Made by a program: the position numbers and the translations under genes | In this document: piece after piece, positions 53,532-63,152 of the stretch | Layout of the letters: every line of letters starts with the position of its first letter | How positions within the stretch are numbered: the first letter of the stretch is position 1 | Notes under the pieces: model-generated | The model's input: the letters and a program-made list of their open reading frames with translations, nothing else | Told to the model about the DNA's origin: nothing | The model's database searches: none | Assembly: GCA_963750075.1 (NCBI GenBank) | Contig: CAVVPG010000002.1 | Location: 453,272-517,271, forward strand | Length of the DNA: 64,000 bases | Direction of reading: 5' to 3' | From: an uncultured Acidimicrobiaceae bacterium | GTDB taxonomy: Bacteria; Actinomycetota; Acidimicrobiia; Acidimicrobiales; RAAP-2

Positions 53532-54290
53532 ATGGAGAGAACGGTTGATGGTCCCCCCGGATCGCGGCGCGGTGCGCAACGTGGAACTGGCGGTGACCGA
53601 GACATTGCGTGGCGTCGTGGGATGTGCCAGAATGGCATTCTGGTCTCCGAGAATGTCATTCCACCGGTGAACGACGTCGCCGCCCGGATCGCCGCCGACA
53701 CGCTGGCGAAGCGGGGCGCCGACTACACGGACGAGGTGCGCCGGCTCCTCGATGCCGCGCTCGAGATCATGGGAAAGCACGGCACCACGGCGCGGGCGAG
53801 GGTCGCCGACATCGTGACCGCCGCCGGCCTGTCCAACGACACCTTCTACCGGCACTTCCCCTCGAAGGACTCGTTGGTGGTCGCGCTCCTCGAGGACGGC
53901 ACTGATCGGCTCGCCAGCTACGTCTCGCACCAGATGGGAAAAGAGTTCACCCCGGAGCGCAAGGTGCAGCGCTGGGTCCAAGGGGTGCTGGCGCAGACGC
54001 GTGGGGAGGTCGCGGCGACGACACTCGCCGTCCTGTGGAACGGGAGCAGCGTGGGCATCGGCGGCACGGCCGGCCGCCACAACGCGAGCGTTCCGCTCGC
54101 TGCTCTGCTCCACGAGCCCTTCGCCGCGCTCGGGAGCACGACCCCCGAGCTGGATTCTTCGCTCGTCGCCCATGCGACCCTGGGCAAGGTGGCGGACTAC
54201 CTGTGGGCACGGAAGCGGCCGGCGCGCGACGAGGTCCAGCAGATCGTCGAGTTCTGCCTCAGGGTCGCCGGGCCGAGCGCGACGTCATGA
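53532..54290 (+). CDS. TetR/AcrR family transcriptional regulator
   Basis: LLDAALEIMGKHGTTARARVADIVTAAGLSNDTFYRHFPSKDSLV HTH. The start is probably internal (around 53620). Confidence 0.8.
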   Translation: MERTVDGPPGSRRGAQRGTGGDRDIAWRRGMCQNGILVSENVIPPVNDVAARIAADTLAKRGADYTDEVRRLLDAALEIMGKHGTTARARVADIVTAAGLSNDTFYRHFPSKDSLVVALLEDGTDRLASYVSHQMGKEFTPERKVQRWVQGVLAQTRGEVAATTLAVLWNGSSVGIGGTAGRHNASVPLAALLHEPFAALGSTTPELDSSLVAHATLGKVADYLWARKRPARDEVQQIVEFCLRVAGPSATS

Positions 54291-54317
54291 CGGGTCGACC
54301 GGTATGTCGAGCGCGCG

Positions 54318-54914
54318 GTGAGTAACGGGGCACCGGTGGTGCTCGTCGAGAAGCACGACCAGGTCGTGGTCGTCACGCTGAACCGACCTCAGGCGCGCAA
54401 CGCGCTCAGCCTGGCCGTGACCCACGCCTTGTGGGATGCCGTCGCCGCTGCCGGTGACGATTCCGACGTGGCCGCCGTCGTCCTGACCGGCGCCGATCCG
54501 GCGTTCTGCGCCGGCGTCGACCTGAAGGAGGTCACCGGCGAGGTCCCGCCGTCGGCGTCCCGGCGGGAACCCGGCACCGGGCCGGAGCGGGATGCGAACG
54601 GGCTGTACCGGTTCCTCCCCGTCATCGACAAGCCGATCATCGGCGCCATCAACGGCGTCGCCGTGACGGGCGGGCTCGAGCTGGCCTTGCAGTTGCTTCC
54701 ATTCGCGCAGCACGTGGCCGCCGACGTCGTCAGCAACGACCAGGACAGCGTCGGCCGGCTGATGCAGCATTACCGCCAGATCGCCAACGCCGCGACCTTG
54801 GACGAGGCCCACCTCCTGGAGGGGTACATGGCGGAGACCTGGCGTCCGGGGACGAGTGAAGTCGGTGCTCGACGCGCCGACGTCACCGCCCGCGGACGTC
54901 GGTTGACTTCGTAG
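54318..54914 (+). CDS. Enoyl-CoA hydratase/isomerase (crotonase) family protein with an apparent in-frame internal deletion
   Basis: N-terminal VVVTLNRPQARNAL...LTGADPAFCAGVDLKE...PIIGAINGVAVTGGLELAL runs straight into the C-terminal helix region (AADVVSNDQDSVGRLMQHYRQI...EGYMAETW). 198 aa, versus the roughly 255-270 typical of the family. Confidence 0.65.
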   Translation: MSNGAPVVLVEKHDQVVVVTLNRPQARNALSLAVTHALWDAVAAAGDDSDVAAVVLTGADPAFCAGVDLKEVTGEVPPSASRREPGTGPERDANGLYRFLPVIDKPIIGAINGVAVTGGLELALQLLPFAQHVAADVVSNDQDSVGRLMQHYRQIANAATLDEAHLLEGYMAETWRPGTSEVGARRADVTARGRRLTS

Positions 54915-55009
54915 CCATCCCGATCCGGCCCGGCCCGCCAACCCCGGTCAGGAATTGTGTTCTCGTCCCTCAGAATACTATTCTTAGCCCTGACCAGGAG
55001 GGGACTACC

Positions 55010-55441
55010 ATGGGATGGGATTTCGAGGCGGACCCTGAGTACCAGGAGAAGCTGGACTCCGCGGACGAATTCATCCGGCAGGAGGTCGAACCCCTCGACT
55101 ACGTGTTGCCACACGAGCAGTTCGTGCTTCTGGACGGGGCGCGGCGCGGCATCATCGACCCCCTGGCGGGGCCGCAAGGACATCTCGACGGCCAAGGTGG
55201 TCATGCCGACGGTACTGCACGACATCGCCTGGCGGGCGATGCAGGTGCACGGTGCCCTCGGGACGACAAACGAAGTGCCTTCTTCATGATGATCCACGGG
55301 CGCGGCGGTGCTGGGCCTGGCCGACGGCCCGACCGAGGCCCACAAAGCGACCGTCGCTCGCCAGGTGTTGCGCGACTACGGCGGCACGGACAGCATGTGG
55401 CCGAGCGAGTGGATAATGGAAAATTGGAATCCGCCAAGGTG
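55010..55441 (+). pseudogene. Acyl-CoA dehydrogenase remnant: N-terminal ~50 aa joined to C-terminal ~80 aa across three frames
   Basis: MGWDFEADPEYQEKLDSADEFIRQEVEPLDYV (ACAD N-terminus). Then, in other frames, DISTAKVVMPTVLHDIAWRAMQVHGALGTTNEVP, FFMMIHG and AAVLGLADGPTEAHKATVARQVLRDYGG...WPSEW (ACAD C-terminal helices). The middle ~270 aa of a normal ACAD are absent. Confidence 0.7.
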
Positions 55442-55479
55442 AAATTCGCCGACTACCTCGAACTGGAAGTGGGGAACCT

Positions 55480-56499
55480 GTGATCGATTTCGAGCGGCTC
55501 GCCGCGTGGATGGACGAGAGGGGCCTACCGGGCAAGGGTGAGCCGATCGAGGAGCGCTTCCTGTCGGGAGGCAGCCAAAACGAGATCTACGAGATTCGGC
55601 GCGGGGAAGAGCGCTGCGTCATCCGGATCCCGCCGGAGTTCGCACCGGCGGACCGTGACGAGGGGATCCTGCGCGAATGGAGGATCGTCGAGGCCTTGGA
55701 CGGAACGGAGGTCCCCCACACGCCCGCCATCGCCGCGTGCGAGGACGCCTCCGTCCTGGGTAGGCCCTTCTACCTGATGGGATTCGTCGACGGGTGGTCG
55801 CCCATGGGCCGCGACACCTGGCCGGCCCCCTTCGACACCGACCTCGCGGCGCGTGCCGGCCTCGGTTACCAGCTGGCCGAGGGCATCGCGCTGCTGTCGA
55901 AGGTCGACTGGCGGGCTCGCGGCCTCGAAGGCCTGGGTCGGCCCGAAGGGTTCCATGAGCGCCAGGTGGAGCGGTGGACGAACTTCTTCGAGCGGGTCAA
56001 GACCCGTGACCTCGAGGGCATGGACGTGGCCTCGGCCTGGCTGCGGGCGCACAAGCCGATCGACTACATCCCCGGGATCATGCATGGCGACTACCAATTC
56101 GCCAACGTCATGTACAAGGACGGGGCGCCGGCGACACTGGCCGCCATCGTCGACTGGGAGATGGGGACGGTCGGTGATCCCAAGCTCGACCTCGGCTGGA
56201 TGATCCAGAGTTGGCCCAGCGACACCATGGCAACCGAGGCCTCGGAAGCCAGCTATGTCGACCTGCGGGGAATGCCGAACCGCTCGCAGGTTCTCGCCCA
56301 CTACGCGGAGGTGTCCGGTCGCCAGGTCGACGACATCGACTACTACGTGATCCTGGCGAAGTGGAAGCTCGCCATCGTGCTCGAGAGGGGTTTCGCCCGC
56401 GCCGGTGACGACGAGAAGCTTCTCGCGTTCGGCCCGATCATCGTCGACCTCATGAAGGGGGCGGCCGAACTGGCCGAGACGACGGACTACGACCGGTGA
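55480..56499 (+). CDS. Phosphotransferase (APH/choline kinase-like) family protein of the type usually paired with acyl-CoA dehydrogenases
   Basis: GGSQNEIYEI, IMHGDYQFANVMY (catalytic loop HGD) and IVDWEMGTVGDP (DxE). Confidence 0.85.
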   Translation: MIDFERLAAWMDERGLPGKGEPIEERFLSGGSQNEIYEIRRGEERCVIRIPPEFAPADRDEGILREWRIVEALDGTEVPHTPAIAACEDASVLGRPFYLMGFVDGWSPMGRDTWPAPFDTDLAARAGLGYQLAEGIALLSKVDWRARGLEGLGRPEGFHERQVERWTNFFERVKTRDLEGMDVASAWLRAHKPIDYIPGIMHGDYQFANVMYKDGAPATLAAIVDWEMGTVGDPKLDLGWMIQSWPSDTMATEASEASYVDLRGMPNRSQVLAHYAEVSGRQVDDIDYYVILAKWKLAIVLERGFARAGDDEKLLAFGPIIVDLMKGAAELAETTDYDR

Positions 56500-56506
56500 A
56501 CTAGGC

Positions 56507-57481
56507 GTGCGCGCCGCCATCTGCCCGGCCTACGGCCCGCCGGAGGTTGTGGTGCTGCAGGACCTCCCCTCCCCACCTCTCGAGGCCGGGAGGGCACGCG
56601 TCCGGGTGGCAGCTGCCGCAGTCAACTTTCCCGACGTGCTGTTGATCGCCGACACGTACCAGCTCTCCGTCCCTCCTCCCTTCATTCCGGGCAGCGAGTT
56701 CGCGGGCGAAGTCGTCGAGGTCGCCGACGAGGCAGCGCCCGTCGCGGTCGGCGACCGCGTCTTCGGGAGCACGTTGGTAGGGGCCTTCGCCGACGAGATC
56801 GTCGTCTCCACGAGTTCACTGACGCGCATTCCGGATGGGGTCGACATGCGCCTGGCCGCCGCCTTCGGGGTGGCCCACCGCACCGCCTACCACGCGCTTC
56901 GTTCATTCGCGCGGGTCGGGCCGGGGGACGAGCTCGTCGTCCTCGGCGCGGGGGGAGGCGTCGGCCTCGCAGCAGTGCAGATCGGCGCCGTGTTGGGCGC
57001 CACCGTGACCGCAATTGCATCCTCGGTCGAGAAGCTCGAGGTGGCGAAGGCCAATGGCGCCAGCAGGCTGGTGGACCATACGGCGGGTGATCTCCGAGCG
57101 GCGCTGAAGGGCCTCCTCCCCGACGGCGCCGATGCCGTCATTGATCCGGTGGGCGGCACGCTGTCGGAGCCGGCGTTGCGATCGCTCCACTATGGAGGCC
57201 GATTCGTCACCGTCGGATTCGCGGCCGGCGAGATCCCTCGCATCCCGCTCAACCTCGTCCTGCTCAAGGGGATCTGGGTCACCGGTTTCCAGATGCGTGA
57301 CTTCGGCACCCATCAGCGAGAGGATCTCATGCGCAACGAGGCCGAGCTGATCGCGTTGCTGGGGTCCGGGCGAGTGGCGCCGCACATCGGCGCGTCGTTC
57401 CCACTGGCGGAGGCGGCGTCCGCACTGCGCTACGTGGCCGACGGCCATGCCGTCGGCAAGATCGTCGTCGACGTCGACTGA
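56507..57481 (+). CDS. NADPH:quinone oxidoreductase / zeta-crystallin-type medium-chain reductase
   Basis: AAAVNFPDVL, PFIPGSEFAGEV, VLGAGGGVGLAAVQI and a C-terminal GKIVVDV. GTG start. Confidence 0.85.
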   Translation: MRAAICPAYGPPEVVVLQDLPSPPLEAGRARVRVAAAAVNFPDVLLIADTYQLSVPPPFIPGSEFAGEVVEVADEAAPVAVGDRVFGSTLVGAFADEIVVSTSSLTRIPDGVDMRLAAAFGVAHRTAYHALRSFARVGPGDELVVLGAGGGVGLAAVQIGAVLGATVTAIASSVEKLEVAKANGASRLVDHTAGDLRAALKGLLPDGADAVIDPVGGTLSEPALRSLHYGGRFVTVGFAAGEIPRIPLNLVLLKGIWVTGFQMRDFGTHQREDLMRNEAELIALLGSGRVAPHIGASFPLAEAASALRYVADGHAVGKIVVDVD

Positions 57482-57669
57482 ACCGGTTCGCCACCGTCCC
57501 GACCTCGGTTCGAGTCAGGGCGTGGGCGGAGGAGCCCTGGTAGCCCTCCGTTTCTCCGATGCCGCGGGACCCGCCGATGCGCCGCGCCGCGATCACGTTC
57601 AGCCGGTGAACTGTCGATGCTCGTGCGGCGCAATCCGCCGTTGGCTCGGCGCGGGTCCTGCCGGCTGAC

Positions 57670-58185
57670 CTACGGCGTTGGCCGACGGAGAGCCGCCTCC
57701 ACGCACGGCCGCGCGGTCGAGGCCCAGGATCCGACGACCTCGTCCAGGACCTCGAATTGCTGTTCGGTGACGAAGAGGCCACGGGTCGGAGTGGATGCGC
57801 CGAGCTCGACCAGGAGCGGTCGAAGATGGACCTCGGGCGCCAGGGCGTGGATCGGTGCCGCTCCGGTCATGACCGGGACACAGACGGTCCGGGCCAGGGC
57901 GTCGTTGCCGTAGCGATCGAAGAAGGACTTCAAGAGGCCGGTGTAGGTCGCCTTGTAGGTGGGCGAGGCGACGACCACCACGTCGCTCGCGGCCACAGCG
58001 TCCAGCAGCTCGTCGATCGCCGGGGAATCGAAGTCGAACAGTTCGGAGGCGTGCTCGGCCAGGTCGATCACGAGTGGCTCCGCCCCGCTTCCCGGCGGGT
58101 CCTGCAGCCGGCGAGCGACGGCGAGAGCCACCTGCAGCGTCCTCGAACTCGCCTTTGGGTTGCCGACCACGACCGCGATCCTCAT
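57670..58185 (-). CDS. NADPH-dependent FMN reductase family protein
   Basis: From MRIAVVVGNPKASSRTL. VVVASPTYKATYTGLLKSFFD is the flavodoxin-like FMN reductase pattern. The longer listed ORF adds an Arg/Pro-rich leader. Confidence 0.8.
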   Translation of the reverse strand: MRIAVVVGNPKASSRTLQVALAVARRLQDPPGSGAEPLVIDLAEHASELFDFDSPAIDELLDAVAASDVVVVASPTYKATYTGLLKSFFDRYGNDALARTVCVPVMTGAAPIHALAPEVHLRPLLVELGASTPTRGLFVTEQQFEVLDEVVGSWASTARPCVEAALRRPTP

Positions 58186-58273
58186 CGCCTTCCATCCCCC
58201 ACCCATGAGCCGGAGGTCTCCCGCTGCGGGGGCATGGTGACCCGTGGACGGTCTTCGGCGCGCCACTGGTGCA

Positions 58274-59596
58274 TCACGCGGTCCGGTCGTCGGGGTCGGG
58301 CCCGCGGTGGCCGAGGGGCAGGCGCGCGCCATGAAGGGAACGGGTGGCGATCGGCACGGCGTCGGTGTGCTCGGGTCCCTCCGGTCGGAGCCCCGCCGCG
58401 TGGGCGCCGTAGCGTGCGGCGAGGGGGGAGGCGCTGACGCCGTGGAGCAGGACGCTGAGGGCCACGGTCAGGGTGACGGCGGCGAGGACCACCTTGGACT
58501 GTGACGGCGCCAGGGAGTCGACCGCGATCAGCCCGAAGACCACCGAGGCCAGTCCGCGGGGGCCGAACCAGCCCACGAACGCCACCGTGGCGCGGTCCAT
58601 TCCGGTGCCTGCGAGGGCGATGGCGACGGGCACCATCCGGAGCACCGTGAGCGCCAGGAGAGCGAACACCGCGTCGCGCCAACTCAGGTCCTCCAGGCCG
58701 GGAACCAGCATGACCGCCCCGAAGACGAACCAGACCAACAGGGAAAGCAAGGTGCCCGCCTCCTCGGTGAAGCGGAGCATGGCCGCGTCGTTGTGGTGGT
58801 CCAAGGTGCCGAACGCGAGGCCGGCAACGAAGGCGGCGATGAAGCCGTTCGTGCCGGCCAGGACGGAGGTCGAGTAGGCGAACAGCGCCAACCCGAGGAT
58901 CGCCAGGGGCCGGACGCTCGGCGAGCTCCACCCGTGGCGGCGAGCCAGGGCGAGGAGGACCGCACCGGTGACACCGATCGCGATCCCGAGCGCCGCCCCG
59001 CCGACCAGCTCGGCGACGGCCTTGCTCAGGTGGGTGGTGCCGCTCACCGCTTCGGTCGTGACCGCCCCGGCAATGAAGACGTTGACGAATGGGGTGGCAA
59101 TGCCGTCGTTGAGGCCGCTCTCCACATTGAGGAGCCGGCGCACCGCCGAGGGCACCCGCTCGTCCGCCATGATGGACGCGCCGAGCGCGGCGTCCGTCGG
59201 GGCCACGATGGCGCCGATGGCCGCGGCCACCCAGAGCCCGCTGCTCCCGAACAGGAGCGTGGCGGCGGCCGCCCCGGCCGCGATGGTCAGGGGCAGGCCG
59301 ATACCCAACAGGCGGGCCGGGAACGCAGCATCGGCCCGGAGGGCCCGGACGTTGACCCGGGAGGCGTCGGCGAACAGCACGAGGGCCAGGGTCACCTCGG
59401 CCAGCGAGCGGATGGTCGACGAGTGCAGGCTGAAGTGCACGACCGCAGTCGGGCCATGGGTCACGACGACGCCGAGGACGACGAACGCCATCGGGGCGGA
59501 CACGTCCCAGCGCTCGAGGCGGGCCGACACCAGGCCCCAGACGATCACGCAGGCCGAGACCACGGCCAACACGGTGAGGTTGAGGTCGTGGTTCAT
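58274..59596 (-). CDS. Cation:proton antiporter (Na+/H+ exchanger, CPA1 type)
   Basis: 440-aa polytopic protein. LALVLFADASRV, ATDAALG and VESGLNDGIATPF are characteristic exchanger motifs. Confidence 0.85.
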   Translation of the reverse strand: MNHDLNLTVLAVVSACVIVWGLVSARLERWDVSAPMAFVVLGVVVTHGPTAVVHFSLHSSTIRSLAEVTLALVLFADASRVNVRALRADAAFPARLLGIGLPLTIAAGAAAATLLFGSSGLWVAAAIGAIVAPTDAALGASIMADERVPSAVRRLLNVESGLNDGIATPFVNVFIAGAVTTEAVSGTTHLSKAVAELVGGAALGIAIGVTGAVLLALARRHGWSSPSVRPLAILGLALFAYSTSVLAGTNGFIAAFVAGLAFGTLDHHNDAAMLRFTEEAGTLLSLLVWFVFGAVMLVPGLEDLSWRDAVFALLALTVLRMVPVAIALAGTGMDRATVAFVGWFGPRGLASVVFGLIAVDSLAPSQSKVVLAAVTLTVALSVLLHGVSASPLAARYGAHAAGLRPEGPEHTDAVPIATRSLHGARLPLGHRGPDPDDRTA

Positions 59597-59818
59597 GGGT
59601 CCGGTCTCATTGTCGACGGCAGCATCGCGCCAGGTCAGGGCCGAAGGTCACGACCTGGGCCCCGAGCTCCACGTGGCGAGACCGACCGGAGGGGATGCGG
59701 GCGTGCGTGTCTCGGGCCGCGTGGAGTCCATCCCCGCGTCGGTCGGGCGAGCGGGCTAGACATTGAGATGTAGGGCGGGGTACTCGCCGACCACGAACCA
59801 TCACAAGGAGTGTTGTAA

Positions 59819-60220
59819 ATGCTTGCCTCCAGCTACCCAGTGCTCGATGCCTTCCTGACGATGCTGTACTTCTTCCTCTTCATCATCTGGATCTGGCTGC
59901 TGATCATGGTGTTCATGGACGTCTTCCGCAGTCACGACATGGGTGGCCTGGCCAAGGCGCTGTGGGTGATCTTCATCATCATCCTCCCGTTCCTAGGCGT
60001 CTTCGTCTACCTGATTGCGCGGGGCGGCAAGATGCACGAGAGGGCAGCCCAGCAAGCGGCGCAGCAGCAGAAGTCGTTCGACGAGTACGTGCGCCAAACG
60101 GCGGGAACGTCGGGCGCCGACACGGCCTCGCAGCTGTCGAAGCTCGCGGACCTCAAGTCCCAGGGCGTCATCACAGACGCCGAGTTCGATGCGCAGAAGG
60201 CCAAGATCCTGGCCAGCTAG
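59819..60220 (+). CDS. Small membrane protein with a PLD-nuclease N-terminal (PLDc_N) domain and a C-terminal SHOCT domain
   Basis: Two TM helices with the WVIFIIILPFLGVFVYLI pattern; C-terminal LSKLADLKSQGVITDAEFDAQKAKIL is a SHOCT motif. Confidence 0.8.
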   Translation: MLASSYPVLDAFLTMLYFFLFIIWIWLLIMVFMDVFRSHDMGGLAKALWVIFIIILPFLGVFVYLIARGGKMHERAAQQAAQQQKSFDEYVRQTAGTSGADTASQLSKLADLKSQGVITDAEFDAQKAKILAS

Positions 60221-60709
60221 AAAGGGGTCCCCCTCCGTCACCGGAAGCCGAACGGCGGGTGGAAGATCCGGAGGATCCGGAACGGCTCGATGCGCCGGAG
60301 CCGCCGCCAGCAGATGTGTCCGCGGGGCTGGATGTCGGCCGCGAAGCGATGTCGCAGCGGTTGGCCACCCAGATCGAACCGGACGTCGAGGCACCGCTCC
60401 CATGGCGGTCCATCGTCAAGAAGACGGTCATGGTCGTGGTGGACGGCTGGCATGACTGGTCCGTCGGGAATCGGGCCGACCGGTCGATCCGGTTGCGCGC
60501 CCTGGCCACCGTGCCCCGTGCGCGCGGGCGGCCGTGGAGCCTCTGCGCATGCGCCACCGCGGCTACCAGTCGTAGTCGTCGTCGGGCGAAGCCATCCTCG
60601 GAGTGGACGCGGACCCGTCACGGCGTGCGGACTTCCCATACATCGAGGGCGTGTATCACGCCGACGGCCGGCGCGGCTACCTCGAAGCTCCGGGTCAGGT
60701 AGCGCGGAG

Positions 60710-62176
60710 TCAGCCGGCGCCGATGCGACTGTTGTAGTTCTGGATTGCGGTGTTGGCCTCGTTCTCGGCGAAGTTCGCGGCTGCCTGAGGTGACATCCCG
60801 TTGGCGACCATCTGCTCGAGCCCGTCCGCCACGGCGTTCCGCACGCCCTGGTAGTCACCGATGAGTGAGCCGATGTTGGCATTGCTCAGCGATCCCGACG
60901 TCAGTTGGGTGTAGCCGATCTTGTAGTTGGGGTCGTGCGCCCACCTGGCCTCCAGGGAGGGGAATTTGGTCGCCGAGACCCGGATCGGCACGTACCCGCT
61001 TGCGGCAGCCAGGGATGCCTGTTGAGCGGGGGAGTCGAGGTACTGAATCAGCTGCCACGCAGCGGCTCGCTTGGCCGGCGATGCGTGCGCCGAGATCCAC
61101 AACGAGCCGTCTCCGACGGGCACGCCGCCGCCGGTCGTGAGCGCTGGCAGCACCGCGGTACGGATCTGCACACCGGGGTATTGACCCGAGGCGAGCACTG
61201 CCTCGGCGGGCCCGATGACACCCGAGGCTTCGAACGTCATCGCGGCATTGCCAGTGGCGATCGCGATGAGGTGGTCGATGTTGTTGGGGTCCGAACCGGT
61301 GGCCAGGGCCAGGTGCGACTTGAGCATCTGGTCCCACCACCGCCAGACCTTGAGCGCGGTCGGGCTCGTCAGCTCAGCCTGGGTCGCCCGATTGACGCGC
61401 CCGTTTCCGTTGTTCACGTACTGGCCGCCACTCTTGGCGAGCAAGAACTCGAAGACGTAGGGCTTCGCAGGCAGTGCGACACCATGCGTGGCTGCATGCG
61501 TCGCGACGATCTTCTGCGAGTCGGCGGTGACCTGTGCGAACGTCACGGGCGGGACATTCGGGTTGAGCCCGGCCTTCTGGAAGGCCACCGGGTTGTAGTA
61601 CATGATCACGTTGGACACGGACCAAGGCATCGACTGCTGGATTCCGTGGTAGCGGTAGAACGCCAGGGCTCGCGGCAAGTAGTCGCTCAATGAGTAGTGG
61701 GAGGCGGCGATGCAGTCCTGTACCGGGACGGTGGAGTGGCTGTCGACGAGCTGCTGCACCGTCGTGTCCTCGAATTGCGCGACGTCGGGAAGGTCGCCGC
61801 TTGAGAGCCCCGCCTTGTACTTGACGAACTCGGACGGGTAATCGGGTTGCTGTACCAACGTGACCTTGACCTTTCGCTGCGAGGCGTTGAACTGCGCGAC
61901 CGAGTTCTGCAGCCACGTGTTGTTGGTCTGAGTCATGGTGTGCCACATGGTGATCTGGACAGGGGTCGACGACTTGGCCAACGCGGCGAGGCCGCAGGCC
62001 GACGGGACGACACTGGTCGACGATGGCGCCGCCGCGTCGGCCGTCGTAGCCGCGCCGCCGCACAGGGCGGAGGCAACCACGAGCGCCGCGCCGCCCATGG
62101 CGGCCGCAGCCCGCGCCGCGTGTCGCCGGCGTCCTACCCGGCCTCCTCGACGAGCATGGTCAGTCGTGTACGTCAT
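60710..62176 (-). CDS. Carbohydrate ABC transporter substrate-binding protein (family 1 solute-binding)
   Basis: Signal peptide with an Ala-rich h-region, then ITMWHTMTQTNNTWLQN and WISAHASPAKRAAAWQLIQYL, typical of sugar-binding SBPs. Located upstream of two MalFG-type permeases. Confidence 0.85.
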   Translation of the reverse strand: MTYTTDHARRGGRVGRRRHAARAAAAMGGAALVVASALCGGAATTADAAAPSSTSVVPSACGLAALAKSSTPVQITMWHTMTQTNNTWLQNSVAQFNASQRKVKVTLVQQPDYPSEFVKYKAGLSSGDLPDVAQFEDTTVQQLVDSHSTVPVQDCIAASHYSLSDYLPRALAFYRYHGIQQSMPWSVSNVIMYYNPVAFQKAGLNPNVPPVTFAQVTADSQKIVATHAATHGVALPAKPYVFEFLLAKSGGQYVNNGNGRVNRATQAELTSPTALKVWRWWDQMLKSHLALATGSDPNNIDHLIAIATGNAAMTFEASGVIGPAEAVLASGQYPGVQIRTAVLPALTTGGGVPVGDGSLWISAHASPAKRAAAWQLIQYLDSPAQQASLAAASGYVPIRVSATKFPSLEARWAHDPNYKIGYTQLTSGSLSNANIGSLIGDYQGVRNAVADGLEQMVANGMSPQAAANFAENEANTAIQNYNSRIGAG

Positions 62177-62195
62177 GGCTGTTCTCCTTGCTGGG

Positions 62196-63152
62196 TCATC
62201 CCTTTACGGCTCCGGCGGTCAGTCCCCGCACCAACTGCTTCTCAAAGAGGACCAGAAGGAGGAAGAGCGGGAGGGCGGCCAGCACCGTGCCGGCGAAGAT
62301 GACGTTGAAGTTGTTCAATTGGCTGTTGGCGAGGAATTTCAGGCCGATCTGCACGGTCCGCAGCCGGTCGTCCTTGGTGACGATCAGCGGCCACAGGTAC
62401 TGGCCCCAGGCCCAGAAGAAGCTGAAGATGCCGAGCGCGGCAACGGCAGGCCGCGCGACGGGGAGCGCCACGTGGCGGAGGAACTGCCAGTGTCCGGCAC
62501 CATCGAGCTTGGACGCGTCGCGGAGGTCGCCGGGCAGCCCCAGAAAGGCCTGCCGGAGTAGGAACGCGCCGAACCCGGTAGCCAAGAACGGAACCGTCAG
62601 ACCGAAGTAGGAGTTGTACCAGCCGAGGCTCACCACCGTGTTGAGGTTGGTGAGGAAGGTGACCTCCAGCGGCACCATCATGGTGGCAAGGAACACGATG
62701 AAGAGTGTCTTCTTGAGGGGGAACTGGAGGAAAGCGAAGGCATAGGCGGCAGCGATCGACGTGGCCAGCTCGCCCACGACGATGACGGTCGTCACGATGA
62801 AGCTGTTCAGGAGGTACCGACCCAGGTGACCCTGGGTCCACGCCGTGGTGTAGCTCGACCACTGCGGGTGGAGCGGGAAGAGGATAGGTGGCTTTGCCAC
62901 CACCTGATCGGGTCTGAGGAGCGAGTCCACGACGGTGATGTAGATCGGGAAGAGCACGATCACCGCCAGCACGACGAGCAGCAGGTAGCGGCCGATCAGC
63001 GCGACGCGGCGCCGGCGGGCCGGGTTGCCCCGCCGGCTGGCAATCAGCAGGCCCATACCGGCGAGAACCACACCCGTGGCCACCAGGACGAACATCCGGA
63101 ACCCGGTGGCCAGCGCGCCCAACATCGTCACGAGTCCCACGTCAGCGTTCAT
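62196..63152 (-). CDS. Carbohydrate ABC transporter permease (MalG-like)
   Basis: EAA-loop region DASKLDGAGHWQFLRHVALPVARPAV. The ATG overlaps the upstream stop by 11 nt. Confidence 0.85.
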   Translation of the reverse strand: MNADVGLVTMLGALATGFRMFVLVATGVVLAGMGLLIASRRGNPARRRRVALIGRYLLLVVLAVIVLFPIYITVVDSLLRPDQVVAKPPILFPLHPQWSSYTTAWTQGHLGRYLLNSFIVTTVIVVGELATSIAAAYAFAFLQFPLKKTLFIVFLATMMVPLEVTFLTNLNTVVSLGWYNSYFGLTVPFLATGFGAFLLRQAFLGLPGDLRDASKLDGAGHWQFLRHVALPVARPAVAALGIFSFFWAWGQYLWPLIVTKDDRLRTVQIGLKFLANSQLNNFNVIFAGTVLAALPLFLLLVLFEKQLVRGLTAGAVKG

